DNA of 63,116 nucleotides, filler included, from Octopus bimaculoides (taxonomy: Eukaryota): NCBI RefSeq assembly GCF_001194135.2. It is 5 parts of 5 records of this genome, joined end to end, with 100 filler letters (N's around TTAATTAATTAA, not from the genome) between each part and the next. Parts side by side here need not be neighbours in the genome. Positions count along the whole stretch, not along the records: positions 1 to 14,376 come from NC_068981.1; positions 14,477 to 28,252 come from NC_068992.1; 3 more parts are not named here. The stretch is one strand, 5' to 3'. Below the pieces are notes generated by a model. That model was not told where the DNA came from, searched no databases, and saw only the letters and a list, made by a program, of their open reading frames with translations. Below are positions 13,620 to 26,499 of the stretch, in pieces. How positions within the stretch are numbered: the first letter of the stretch is position 1; every line of letters starts with the position of its first letter. The position numbers and the translations under genes were made by a program.

Positions 13620-14205
13620 CATGAGATAGTATCAAAAGATTCCTGGACTAATTATGTTTAATAAAAGATAACTTGTTTACCTAAGTTTTAACATCATCTC
13701 CATCGAAATAATCACCTTGCGCAGCAATACACTGGATCCAGTGTTCTTGTCTTTTTTGGAATCTTGTTTGGAAGTCGTTCTTCACAAGTGAGTCAAGGAC
13801 CTTCTGCGATTCGTTCTTGAACTCGACAACAGTGTTAAAATGGCGATCTTTGAGCAGCACTTTCATCTTTGGGAAGAGGTGGAAATCCGCTGGTGCTAAA
13901 TCTGACGAATAGTGCGGGTGCAGAGGTGATACCATGTTGATTTGGGCGCGAAACTCACAAGTAAGAAGAGCTCCGTGACAGGGATCACTGTTGACGTAAA
14001 GAATCCCATTGTTCGTGCTCCACAGATCCGGTTGCTTCCACCCAATGTCCTTCCTCAGACGCTTCAAAATGTCGTGGGAACGAATTCTCGATGCATAATA
14101 CAACATTTCCGGGGATAACTCTCTTGGCAGGTCTTCCAGATGGCTTATTGTCTTCCAGAGATGCTCTTCCGATTTTGAAGCAACCGTGCCACTCGTCTTT
14201 CACTT
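13620..14205 (-). mobile_element. Internally deleted mariner element (C-terminus, 3' TIR and a piece of the HTH region)
   Basis: WHGCFKIGRASLEDNKPSGRP is joined almost directly to ILKRLRKDIGWKQPDLW...HPHYSSDLAPADFHLFPKMK...QGDYFDGD. TIR-like atgagatagtatcaaaagattcctggact at 13621. Confidence 0.88.
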
Positions 14206-14327
14206 TTTCTAAGCAGAGAAAGGGACTCGGAAGGCTGGTCCCCCAACCAGGCCTTTCGAGACACCCTTAAAAGCAGGAACTTTTCAGTATCCCTTTGCAT
14301 ATATACACGAAGATACACGTATATCTA

Positions 14328-14376
<49 letters not shown>

Positions 14377-14604
14377 NNNNNNNNNNNNNNNNNNNNNNNN
14401 NNNNNNNNNNNNNNNNNNNNTTAATTAATTAANNNNNNNNNNNNNNNNNNNNNNNNNNNNNNNNNNNNNNNNNNNNGACAGACACAGACGTATGGGGGCG
14501 GGGCAGTTGTGCGTGCGTGTGGGTGGGCGGGTGGTCCTGCGTGCGTGCGTGCGAGTGGGTGGGTGGTCGTGCGTGTGTGCGTGCGTGCATGACGTGCTTC
14601 CGCA

Positions 14605-14735
14605 CAATTTCCGTCAACCAAATTCACTCAATGCTTTTAGTGGGCCCGGGGCTGTAAGTAGAAGACACTTGCCCAAAGTACGACGCAGTAGGACTGAATA
14701 CTAAACCCCGTAACTGAAAAGCCATCTTCTTAACT
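14605..14735 (-). mobile_element. SINE family A, 5' half (tRNA head)
   Basis: Reverse complement of ...cagtcctactgcgtcgtactttgggcaagtgtcttctacttacagccccgggccc... Confidence 0.8.
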
Positions 14736-15694
14736 ACACAGTTATAACTCACAACTTTTTAGAATACAGCTATCAACCTTTTATTCATATAAAGTAATAA
14801 CTTCATTACTGAAATACTCTTTTTCATTATTATTTAATTTTCAAACTTTAAAGGTAACTTTACGTATGTAATAACGATATAATTGTTAGATATTCTTTTC
14901 AAGTACACCATCAAGTTTGTGATGTTTCCGCTAATATCTCAACTAGCTTCTTTTGTTACTACTATTATAGTGTTTTATATATATATATTTATTTAATGAC
15001 CGTATCAATGATATTCCATTTATTTAATTCCTTTCAAATATAATTCCTCTTTTTGAACTTTAAATAATATTAGTTTTGTGTTTGTAAATTTCTCCTAATA
15101 ATCTTTTGACTACGATAACTGACTTTTCTGTCATTTTCCATCCCGCCATTAATTGTTCAACTACCATTAAAGCCATTCTCTATTACTTACTTTTTCCCAT
15201 TTCCTTAGTTCTCTTTGTTTCTCTCTTTCTCTCTCTCTTAACCTTTCTCTCTCTCAATCTTCTCTTAGTACCTACATATTCTTTATACACATACAAACAT
15301 AAATACATACACATACATATATACATAGACGTAACTTGTATTAAAGCTAAATGTTTATCACGCGAATCTAGTTTCACGTCATGCGATCTTCAAGCGAGAC
15401 TTGAAAATCGCAGTGGCTTGAAATTCAAACCGCCAAGTAAGCATACAGTTTCAATAAACAATATACTCTACAACTCGTGTTCAATGCTTCTTCAATCGAT
15501 ATAATTCAAGATTTGCTTGTATAGATGGATAGGTTGTATCCCATCTTATGTGACTCTACTCAGAAGTCTGTAATATAATTTGAAAGGAACACGATATAAA
15601 GAAATACATGGAACAAGGTGGTAACTTTAAATATCTTTAATATGGCCACACGTACACACACAACCTGAATGATAAATGAAAATGGTTTGATGCG

Positions 15695-16045
15695 TGGAGA
15701 TTCAGTCCCACTGCATAGCACTTTGGGCAAGTGTCTTCTACTATAGCCTCGGGCCAACCAAAGCTTTGTGAATGGATTTGGTGGACGGAAACTGAAAGAA
15801 GCCCGTCGTATATATGTATATGTATATAGTGTGTGTGTGTTTGTGTGTCTGTGTTTATCTCCCCAACATCGTTTGACAACCGATGCTGGTGTGTTTACGT
15901 CCCCGTAACTTAGCGGTTCGGCAAAAGACCCCCGATAGAATAACTACTAGGCTTACAAAGAATAAGTCCTGGGGTCGATTTACTCGACTAAAGGCAGTGT
16001 TCCAGCATGGCCGCAGTCAAATGACTGAAACAAGTAAAAGAGTAC
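15695..16045 (+). mobile_element. SINE family A, near full length, with central (TA)/(TG) microsatellite
   Basis: ttcagtcccactgcatagcactttgggcaagtgtcttctactatagcctcgggccaacc...gaaagaagcccgtcg, then the microsatellite, then ...cagcatggccgcagtcaaatgactgaaacaagtaaaaga. Confidence 0.9.
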
Positions 16046-16892
16046 CTTTCTTAAATCAGTGTTACCCTAATGAAATTTCTTACATGCACGCACACACACA
16101 CACAAACAATTACACATACACTCAGCGTCAGGTATATACTTTTATAGAGAGTGGAAGAGAGTGAGAGAGAGTGTGGTAAATATATAGAGTGAAAGGACAA
16201 GTTTATAAAGAGAAAAGCAACATTATTTGTTGCTTAGATCTTGCCTGTTGCTGTTACAGATTTTGAAATTTCAAAATGAAGTGAAAATTTTCAAATTTGG
16301 TAGATAGATGTACTTTTCTCCTTCTGAACCTAAGTTTGTGATACATTAACCCAGAAAAATTTTAGAAAAATGTTAAAGGTTAAAAAAGTCTGATCATTTT
16401 TACCCAATCAGAAAACAAGGTTTCTGCGTGATAGCTGTAATAAAATGGAAGTAAACATTCGAACTAGTTTTAAACAAAAATGAAAGCAGTATGTAAGGAA
16501 CAATACATACACAGAGAAAGAAAGAGTGATAAAGAATATGGCAACTAATAGAGAGATATAAATTGATGATGGCAGATAGAAAGTGTGTAGGTTGTCGATC
16601 TAAAAGTTGAGTTAATTCTCGTAGCAAGTAATATTTTCTTATTTTTATTAACAGTATATACAGTGCACACACACACATTACTATTTGCAGAAGCAGCAGA
16701 ATGACACAAGGGCCGAGAGCTTGTATATGGATTTGGGTAGACAGAAACAGTATTGGTCATCGGCTGGATTATACATTTGTTACTGCCGTGTCATTATGAA
16801 TTACGTAAGGGGTACACGTGCATGGAGTGCGTGCGTACATACGTATGTGTATACACACACACACACACAGCATTATAGATCTCAGTTTCATA

Positions 16893-17588
16893 CACGAGCT
16901 GAGTAATAACCTAAATAGGCGCTCGTCATAGGGGCCGGTAAAGTATGACGATAACTCTGTACGTAAAGTCAATAAGTCACATCCGGTTCGTGGCTGCTGT
17001 GTGGAAAATCGGAACTGAAAAACTCGTGAGAGAAGTTCTTTTTGGCCAGTTGAAAGCAATTTTGGCACAAACTCGCATACACGCTTCTCATACCCAAATC
17101 TTCAGTGATAATGGATTCAATTGAACCGCAACTAATCTGTACATCTTCTGATAACTCACGTATGGTGATTCAACGATTTTCCCCTCAGAGCTGCACGCAC
17201 ATGCGCGATGTTTTTCTCACTTCTGCTAGTTGCAGGTCTCCCAGGACGTTTATCACTATCGACAGTTTTTCAGCCATCTTGGAAACATTTTAACCACTCA
17301 CACATGTGTGCGGTTCATACACTCTTCTCCATACACTTTCTGCAACTTTGCGTAGGCCTCTGAGCTGGTATCGCCATGATAACTTTCTCTGTCATGGTCA
17401 ATGCGACAATCACATGTTACATACGTTACTTCGAAGCACTGCTGTAAACAGCAGAAATGAGCTAGAACGTTAAAACTTAGTGCACACGCACAGCAGAATT
17501 CAAAGTTTATCGTTACCAAGCGGTTTTACTCTGCGTGCTTTTGCTTCGGTACTATGGCAACAGTCCGGATACTTGTTGATCTGACCTC

Positions 17589-17591
<3 letters not shown>
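16893..17591 (-). mobile_element. Non-autonomous mariner element (5' TIR plus N-terminal transposase, internally deleted)
   Basis: TA-flanked 5' TIR cacgaggtcagatcaacaagtatccggactg at 17561-17591. Decayed HTH region: EAYAKLQKVYGEECMNRT, WLKCFQDG, DKRPGRP, TIRELSEDV, FVPKLLS. A weakly matching end tacacgagctgagtaataa lies at 16891. Confidence 0.8.
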
Positions 17592-17638
<47 letters not shown>

Positions 17639-18030
17639 NNNNNNNNNNNNNNNNNNNNNNNNNNNNNNNNNNNNNNNNNNNNNNNNNNNNNNNNNNNNNN
17701 NNNNNNNNNNNNNNNNNNNNNNNNNNNNNNNNNNNNNNNNNNNNNNNNNNNNNNNNNNNNNNNNNNNNNNNNNNNNNNNNNNNNNNNNNNNNNNNNNNNN
17801 NNNNNNNNNNNNNNNNNNNNNNNNNNNNNNNNNNNNNNNNNNNNNNNNNNNNNNNNNNNNNNNNNNNNNNNNNNNNNNNNNNNNNNNNNNNNNNNNNNNN
17901 NNNNNNNNNNNNNNNNNNNNNNNNNNNNNGTACACACGCTTTAAAAGTCTCACTTCTAAATTATTAATCCGAGAATACTGGATACCACTACCACCACCAC
18001 CTACTACTACTACTACTACTATTAAAAGAA

Positions 18031-18350
18031 TAATAGCACGCTCTCCGATAACACTCGAAACGCTTATCTCGTTTCTTTCCCAGTCGCCTACAATGGCTAA
18101 GAGGTCACAATTTATCGCCACTTCAGCAAACTAGACACAAAGAGAGAGACTTGTGGGATGCATGGATCTGCCATTGATTGACATAGCAACGTCAGACGAT
18201 CGTGAGAAAAAAGAAGAATGGAATATATAAGCGTAAATCGAGTCCACTAAATAGATTTTTATTGATTAGTCTTAGGAAGAAGGATTATATGCACATCGAT
18301 GTTTCTGATTCTAGGCTATGAGGCAATGGTAACACGGTGGTGTGTCCGTG
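18031..18350. repeat. Copy 1 of a ~320-bp direct duplication (copy 2 at 27631-27946)
   Basis: Co-linear, roughly 90% identical by eye, offset 9600 bp at the left end. Confidence 0.95.
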
Positions 18351-18587
18351 ATTAATGTACTGGTTAATAGTGTGGGGTTATCTCTCACATGCACTCATTT
18401 ACACACGCACACACACAAACATACAAACACATACAGATACGCACACGCGTATGTGTGTATATGTATGTCTACACATTCAAGTAGACACATACGTACGTAC
18501 ACACATATACGCACACACACACACACATGCATGCACTAGCACATACAGGGACACACGTACACAAGCACACGTTTGTAAGTATATAGA

Positions 18588-18742
18588 CACTGGCGGGGTC
18601 GTTCCCCCTTAAGTGACATTCTTTGGTGGGTCTGTAAGAGGAAATCGCTGCATAATATTTTGTATGTGTATGGGTGCCCGGAGGGGTGGGGTGGCAAGCA
18701 CAAGCGCCGCTCCGGCCGGCACACACTTTAGCTATGCCACTG
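18588..18742. mobile_element. Small GC-rich MITE-like element (possible non-autonomous hAT)
   Basis: Right end ttagctatgccactg (reverse complement cagtggcatagctaa), a partially matching left end cactggcgggg, and a GC-rich interior. Confidence 0.3.
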
Positions 18743-19739
18743 CATACATACATACATACATACAGACAGACAGACACACACACACACACACACACAGACA
18801 TACGTGCCTCAGCATGGCCACAGCTTTGAGCTAAAACTGATAAGGCATAAAACAAATACACACACACACATATACAAACGTAGACATATATATACAAACA
18901 TACATACGTACATATATACAAATACACATACCTACATACACACATACATACATACGAACATACATACACATAGATACTTACATACATACACACATAGATA
19001 CATACATACATACATACAAAGATACATATTCGTATATGCTTTTGTTTCTGCCATTTGACTGCGGCCATGTTGGAACACATGTACGCTCATGTATATATAC
19101 GAATTTACATATATACATACACATACATACATACATACATACATACACAAATCTATATGTGTGTCTGTATGTATTTATGTAAGTATATATGTATGTATGT
19201 ATGTTGATATAAACAAATAAGCACACGCACACATATATATGCATATACATACAGGCACACATACGCACACACATATGCAGAAGTGAACCTTTGCGCTCAC
19301 CACCCATGATCGAAGTACCCAAAGCATAAAATAAAGTGAATTTCATTCGAAGCTAAACTTATTGAGTTATAACATTGAATTCACGCTCCGATTATTCAAA
19401 CGTCTGGCATTGAGCAGCAATATGGTAATATGCAAACAAAATCATTTGGAAATACGCTGAAATATAAGTTAACAGTATATCGAGATTTTGTTGGTTGCGG
19501 GGGAAGAATGTTAAGAGAACGTGTCACATTTTCCTCTGTTCTTTATGCATGTGAAGAAGCAAATAATATTTTCATATTTTCATGAGCAGAAAAAGGTACT
19601 CTTAGGAATACAGCCTCGCTACTGATGAATATATGAATGCAAAAATATGAGTCTATATTTCTATCATGGTAAAATTCCATTATGTAGAAGTATAATTTGC
19701 TGGTCACTTGGTAGTTAGAATTTTCTCAATAATAAGCAA

Positions 19740-19930
19740 TTGAAGTGTCCGTAAGAATTCTTCAATTCAGATTTTTTGTTCAAAAGTGCTAAAAACTGAT
19801 ATATATTTATGAAGGAAGATACTGTCAAAAATTAGAAGAGCAATTTGTCCATTATAAAACACATATCTTCCTACATTTACGGATCCAAAAGATGCGTTCT
19901 CTGTCCCTCGGAGAAGTATAATATTCTTCC
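19740..19930 (+). mobile_element. Penelope-like element GIY-YIG endonuclease C-terminal remnant
   Basis: LSIIKHISSYIYGSKRCVLCPSEKYNIL matches the W.I+....Y..GSK.C.LCL.EK..I motif at the end of PLE ORFs. Confidence 0.65.
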
Positions 19931-20675
19931 GAAACTATTTCACCCAAGTTATTCTTTCAAATTATTATGCCATAGCATTTATTTAGTAAAATCTTATATT
20001 CATCTTATATTCATTCAAGTCATTCTTAGATCTAGCAGTAGTAGTTAGACTATGATTTACAAATGAGAGCTAAATAAGACTGAAAATTATCCGGAGTTGT
20101 TACCATTTTAACACACTCAAACATATTCCCGCGTTGCATTCTGTTTCTATTTAAATTAATATTAATTATATTTCTTTGGGTTATCTCCTCTGTCTTTCAT
20201 GTCCAGAATTAATAATTAAGATAATGAATTTTCCCTCCATCACTATAGACGAAATTTTATTTAATTAGCATATTAACTGATGACATCAAATATGTCAGCG
20301 TCTACTTTACAATTTCGGAAAGAGAAGATACATTCGATAATGTTGTCTTGGAAAAACAACAACAAAAGGCAGGATGATCACGCTCCGATTAACACAAACT
20401 TCTGATTAAACAATAACATCATCATCATCATCAGCAGCAGCAGCAGCGACAACAGCAATATCATTCCTAGTGAATTTTCGTGATTCCGGAAATGAAAATG
20501 ATATTTCGAAAACAAGAATACAAAATGGCTTAATGACATTACAATTATTTATAACAATCAGATAACAATTGATAATTTTTTGTTTTGGTTCCTTCACTCA
20601 GAGGAACATTAGAATAATTGAATATCACTTAAAAGAGATTACTTTGAAGTGAACAACACAATTCTTTCTAGATTT

Positions 20676-20848
20676 GGCATCAATTTTGAAGGGGATTCGA
20701 ATACATCGACCTCAGTTCTCAACTGGTACTTACTTTATTGAGCACCGGGAGATGACAAAGTTGGTTTCGACGGCATTTAAATTCAGAATATTAGGAGCCG
20801 GAAGTAATGCAGCTAAGCATTTTGTCCGATGTTCCAACGATTCTGCCT
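20676..20848 (-). mobile_element. SINE family B, degenerate
   Basis: Reverse-complement homology to 21811-22033. Confidence 0.8.
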
Positions 20849-21037
20849 TAAAACAACATAAAATATAAATTATATTTTGAAGTAAATCGGGAGTTTTAAA
20901 GCCTTTTTTTTTTGTTCCCACTCAAATGAGGTGTTCTTTATGTTGATATTACAATGTTCTGTATATTTATATAACGACTGTTCTATGCATGTCCCATAAC
21001 AGCAGGTAGTTTGGTACATACTAACATATACAGACAC

Positions 21038-21075
21038 AGGAATGGCTATGTGGTTAAAAAGCTCGCTTCGCAACC
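21038..21075 (+). mobile_element. SINE family A tRNA head only
   Basis: ggaatggctatgtggttaaaaagctcgcttcgcaacc (A-box region), truncated where the adjacent mariner fragment begins. Confidence 0.6.
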
Positions 21076-21084
21076 TTGTATAAC

Positions 21085-21485
21085 ATCGCCGCTCTGGAGT
21101 GTGTCGCTTCCGTTCAGAGCGTGTGACACCTATGCACCGAGATTTTGGACCTTGCCCATCGAGCGAAGGTGACGAGCGACGATATCGTGGGAGCATCGTA
21201 TCTGCTAGTCTAATTCTGTAGCGAACGCGCCCAGATCCTCGTGGACGAGCTCGTTCAATCGATTTTCATTGGACTGAACAGATCGAGTGGAAAGTGATGT
21301 CTGTGAGGTTGAATATCCTCTCCTAAAGGGTGAAAACCATTTCCATGCAGTTCTTTCTGTTAATAGCACTTTCTTCGTATACAGCACAAACGTCTTGAGT
21401 GATTTTGGCAGCTTTGGAATCTAGATTGAAAGCGAGGAGAAGTAGGTGACGAAAATGCTTGTTTTTTCTTCTTGACACTCCATCA
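21085..21485 (-). mobile_element. mariner transposase N-terminal fragment
   Basis: MECQEEKNKHFRHLLLLAFN...VCAVYEESA...ERTAWKWFSPFRRG...ENRLNELVHED...RHLRSMGKVQNLGA*VSHAL across frameshifts. Similar to the 3277 element (HLHSMGKVQ). Confidence 0.85.
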
Positions 21486-21810
21486 TCCCATGATCATTGC
21501 TAAGAAGGTGCAGTGGACAGCATTGGCCCCTCACTATTCAATGGCGTACCCTCAGATTTAGAAAATTTTACAAAAATCTTACGGCAATACAAATTAGTGC
21601 CCACCCAGAATATTCAGAAGCACACCCAGGCGCCAAAGCACGGAGACGGACCCTCATCGTAATAGGTTTGAAAAGAGGGAAAATTTATTTAGATTTCAAA
21701 AACGACGAGAAAAAATTGCTGAAGAAGAACAGAGTTGCAGAAATAAATATATCCCTAAAGACATGATACACTACGATAAATTCATACACACATACACACA
21801 TATGTATGAA

Positions 21811-22033
21811 GGCGGCGAGCTGGCAGAAACGTTAGCACGCCAGGCGAAATGCTTAGCGGTATTTCGTCTGCCGTTACGTTCTGGGTTCAAATTCCGCCGA
21901 GGTCGACTTTGCCTTTCATTCTTTCGAGGTCGATACATTAAGTACCAGTTACGTACTGGGGTCGATTTAATCCCTTTGTCTGTCCTTGTTTGTCCCCTCT
22001 ATGATTAGCTCCTTGTGGGCAATAAAGAAATAA
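21811..22033 (+). mobile_element. SINE family B, full length
   Basis: ggcggcgagctggcagaaacgttagc (A-box), gggttcaaattcc (B-box), tail aataaagaaataa. Confidence 0.9.
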
Positions 22034-23267
22034 CACATGCATACACATACACGCACATACATACACACACATACGCACATACACACACACTAAAAGCACA
22101 CGGATAATATATAATGCAATAACATATATCCAATATAATCCCAAATGGTAAGCCGAAGTAATCCAAAACGGCAATCCAGAAGAGTCCAGATTGGTTTCCA
22201 AGAGGTAATCTGTTATGAATACAATCGTGCCTAATTACACGCGCGCGCGCGTGTGTGTAAGACAGAGGGGGGGGGGACAGCCAGAAAGACAGAGACCAGT
22301 TCAATCGATAATCTCAGGGTGGATAAAACTGCATAAGACTGCATACGTGAGTTAGAATCCAATCTCACAAATGTATCATTTATAAGAAACCCAAATATTC
22401 ACTCCCCATTCGTTAAATCAGTTGTTACATACATACATACATTCATACATACATACGTATACATACATACATACATACATACATACATACACACATACAT
22501 ATATACATACATACATACATACGTACATACATATTTATGTACGTTGTGTTTGCATGTATTCAAATGTTTAGGTGATTCAAAATGAAGCATTGCCAAATGT
22601 TTTTCTACGAATACACAAACACAACACGTACACACACACACACAGAGCACCACACAGACAGAGAGATAGACAGATAGAAGATAGATCGATAAATCGATAG
22701 ACAGACAGACAGATAGATAGATAGATTAGGTAGGTAGATAGGTAGATAAATTGATGTGGTTATATTAACAAAGTGTGTATTAACAAAAGCAAAATATCTG
22801 TAATTTTATACTATTCCTAAATCAGTAGTCGGCGATATATATATATATATATATANNNNNNNNNNNNNNNNNNNNNNNNNNNNNNNNNNNNNNNNNNNNN
22901 NNNNNNNNNNNNNNNNNNNNNNNNNNNATATATATAAATATATATACACATTTTTAATCAGATATTTAAATACATCACCGAAGGTAATATCTAATTCCAA
23001 TAAATTTATGCTACAAGATCCCTCAGACATATTTTTTGTATTTACATAGAGAACGGCGTCTAGATTCTTTCACAACCAACAATAAAAGAAAAAGAACGAA
23101 TCGAACTAATGCGCGTAACGAAATATATATGTATGTATGTATGTCTGCATTCGTGTGTATGCATGTATGTGTATGTGTATGTATTTATGCATGCATGCAT
23201 ATATGTACGTATATATATGTGTGTATGTCTGTATATGTCTATGTATGTATGTATGTATGTATGTATG

Positions 23268-23414
23268 TAGATGGACAGCCGACAACTGATGAAGGGTCGT
23301 TCTTCATGTTACTTGTCCCCTTTTCCATTTGTTTTTCTCGTTGTTTGCGTATTCAACTCATTTGTTTTCATATTTCATGTTGTTTACATTTTGAGACGTC
23401 CTGTAACCATATAT

Positions 23415-23415
<1 letters not shown>
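23268..23415 (+). repeat. Unclassified interspersed repeat (family E; second copy 37566-37640), possibly a PLE terminal repeat
   Basis: gttgtttgcgtatt(c/g)aactca.ttgttttc.tatttcatgttgtttac...cc(t)gta.ccatatatgc occurs twice, both times between microsatellites. Confidence 0.6.
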
Positions 23416-23454
<39 letters not shown>

Positions 23455-24749
23455 NNNNNNNNNNNNNNNNNNNNNNNNNNNNNNNNNNNNNNNNNNNNNN
23501 NNNNNNNNNNNNNNNNNNNNNNNNNNNNNNNNNNNNNNNNNNNNNNNNNNNNNNNNNNNNNNNNNNNNNNNNNNNNNNNNNNNNNNNNNNNNNNNNNNNN
23601 NNNNNNNNNNNNNNNNNNNNNNNNNNNNNNNNNNNNNNNNNNNNNNNNNNNNNNNNNNNNNNNNNNNNNNNNNNNNNNNNNNNNNNNNNNNNNNNNNNNN
23701 NNNNNNNNNNNNNNNNNNNNNNNNNNNNNNNNNNNNNNNNNNNNNNNNNNNNNNNNNNNNNNNNNNNNNNNNNNNNNNNNNNNNNNNNNNNNNNNNNNNN
23801 NNNNNNNNNNNNNNNNNNNNNNNNNNNNNNNNNNNNNNNNNNNNNNNNNNNNNNNNNNNNNNNNNNNNNNNNNNNNNNNNNNNNNNNNNNNNNNNNNNNN
23901 NNNNNNNNNNNNNNNNNNNNNNNNNNNNNNNNNNNNNNNNNNNNNNNNNNNNNNNNNNNNNNNNNNNNNNNNNNNNNNNNNNNNNNNNNNNNNNNNNNNN
24001 NNNNNNNNNNNNNNNNNNNNNNNNNNNNNNNNNNNNNNNNNNNNNNNNNNNNNNNNNNNNNNNNNNNNNNNNNNNNNNNNNNNNNNNNNNNNNNNNNNNN
24101 NNNNNNNNNNNNNNNNNNNNNNNNNNNNNNNNNNNNNNNNNNNNNNNNNNNNNNNNNNNNNNNNNNNNNNNNNNNNNNNNNNNNNNNNNNNNNNNNNNNN
24201 NNNNNNNNNNNNNNNNNNNNNNNNNNNNNNNNNNNNNNNNNNNNNNNNNNNNNNNNNTATAACAAGAATCACGGCCCGGCATCGATGCCACGACATCACA
24301 ACTAGTGATCAGCTCTGCCAAACTCAGCCAACTCACTTTCACATACAGAACTTTTCCTATAGTGTACACAAGAACTGGTATATAATTGCTCACGTGTTAT
24401 TGACTCTTTTTCTATCTGCTGTAATAATACACATACACATACATGTATCACTCACATACATACTTTTCTTTGTACGACGGCCTGTCTTTGATTATGTTCT
24501 TATATGTCGCATTCACACTCTCACACAGACATACATCTTTAACGCTACAATAAATATATCTGTTATTCATCTTATACAGTTGTGGTCTTTCATTACTGGT
24601 CATCTATGTTATCGTCGCATAACATAATAGTATATCATCATTGATATATTATTGTGTGTTCGACCGTGTGACGCGTTTAAATAAAAGGAGTCCTCTGTTT
24701 TTCCATTCGTCACCATATCTCCTTTTTGAGTTCGCACGGTCGTCCCTTA

Positions 24750-24790
<41 letters not shown>

Positions 24791-26009
24791 TAGGAAGTTT
24801 TAGGCCACTGGTAATCTAAACTAATAGGTATACTGCTTGAGTGCTCCAATTGATAAGCCACTAGGATCCAAGTTCACAACGGGGGCTGGAATTGGGGATC
24901 CGTAGCCTATTTCTAAGTCAGCGGGTATAAATTAAAGGAAAATGGAAACAAAACCAAGGCAGGACAAGCTCATTTAAGTTATTTCAATGGTGAATCGAAG
25001 TAAGGAACAGTTAATAATAACGTCTTACAGCTGTTTCTGGGTAAATCCAGGTAATGGATCATTGTGTATATATATATATATATANNNNNNNNNNNNNNNN
25101 NNNNNNNNNNNNNNNNNNNNNNNNNNNNNNNNNNNNNNNNNNNNNNNNNNNNNNNNNNNNNNNNNNNNNNNNNNNNNNNNNNNNNNNNNNNNNNNNNNNN
25201 NNNNNNNNNNNNNNNNNNNNNNNNNNNNNNNNNNNNNNNNNNNNNNNNNNNNNNNNNNNNNNNNNNNNNNNNNNNNNNNNNNNNNNNNNNNNNNNNNNNN
25301 NNNNNNNNNNNNNNNNNNNNNNNNNNNNNNNNNNNNNNNNNNNNNNNNNNNNNNNNNNNNNNNNNNNNNNNNNNNNNNNNNNNNNNNNNNNNNNNNNNNN
25401 NNNNNNNNNNNNNNNNNNNNNNNNNNNNNNNNNNNNNNNNNNNNNNNNNNNNNNNNNNNNNNNNNNNNNNNNNNNNNNNNNNNNNNNNNNNNNNNNNNNN
25501 NNNNNNNNNNNNNNNNNNNNNNNNNNNNNNNNNNNNNNNNNNNNNNNNNNNNNNNNNNNNNNNNNNNNNNNNNNNNNNNNNNNNNNNNNNNNNNNNNNNN
25601 NNNNNNNNNNNNNNNNNNNNNNNNNNNNNNNNNNNNNNNNNNNNNNNNNNNNNNNNNNNNNNNNNNNNNNNNNNNNNNNNNNNNNNNNNNNNNNNNNNNN
25701 NNNNNNNNNNNNNNNNNNNNNNNNNNNNNNNNNNNNNNNNNNNNNNNNNNNNNNNNNNNNNNNNNNNNNNNNNNNNNNNNNNNNNNNNNNNNNNNNNNNN
25801 NNNNNNNNNNNNNNNNNNNNNNNNNNNNNNNNNNNNNNNNNNNNNNNNNNNNNNNNNNNNCAATAATAAATATCCATTTTTCCGAAAGGTATGAAAAAAG
25901 AAAGACGTTAAGGCTCATATGTGTAGGTATGCTGCAGCTATCTCCGGCCGGTTACTGTATATCATTGCGCATGCGTTGCCGGAAGTCCTCAGGAAACGTA
26001 TTTAAAATG

Positions 26010-26070
<61 letters not shown>

Positions 26071-26074
26071 TAAT

Positions 26075-26460
26075 GGGAACAGGCCCAACTTATGGGTAGT
26101 AAGAGCTCTGCAGTCCTGGTTGACAATCTTACTAGAGATGATGTCTCGATAAAAATACCGATTGGTGGCTAACCTTAAAACACATACTCCAATGTTGAGT
26201 GAAAATGCCTTATAAAAGTGTATCAAATAATGGTGCTAATGAGGCTGGAACCAAACGTGAAAGCCTTTTCACCCGGCAGGTTCCCTTATCCCACCTTCTT
26301 CTCCCCCAGAGCCAGAGAAGAAGGTGGGATAAGGAGGCAAACCGAAACGGTAGTTGTGCTAGAGCATAACAGACCGGTGGTGGACAAGGTGCTCTACATA
26401 TGCTATATAGCTGATGTTGCATGCCTCTTTGACCCACGAATAGTAAAGAATGAAGGAGAA

Positions 26461-26499
<39 letters not shown>

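Noticed and set aside
14480-14600. G-rich (GCGT/GGGT) stretch as a CpG island or G-quadruplex regulator
   Set aside because: It is a degenerate (GT/GC) microsatellite next to an assembly gap, with no associated gene evidence.
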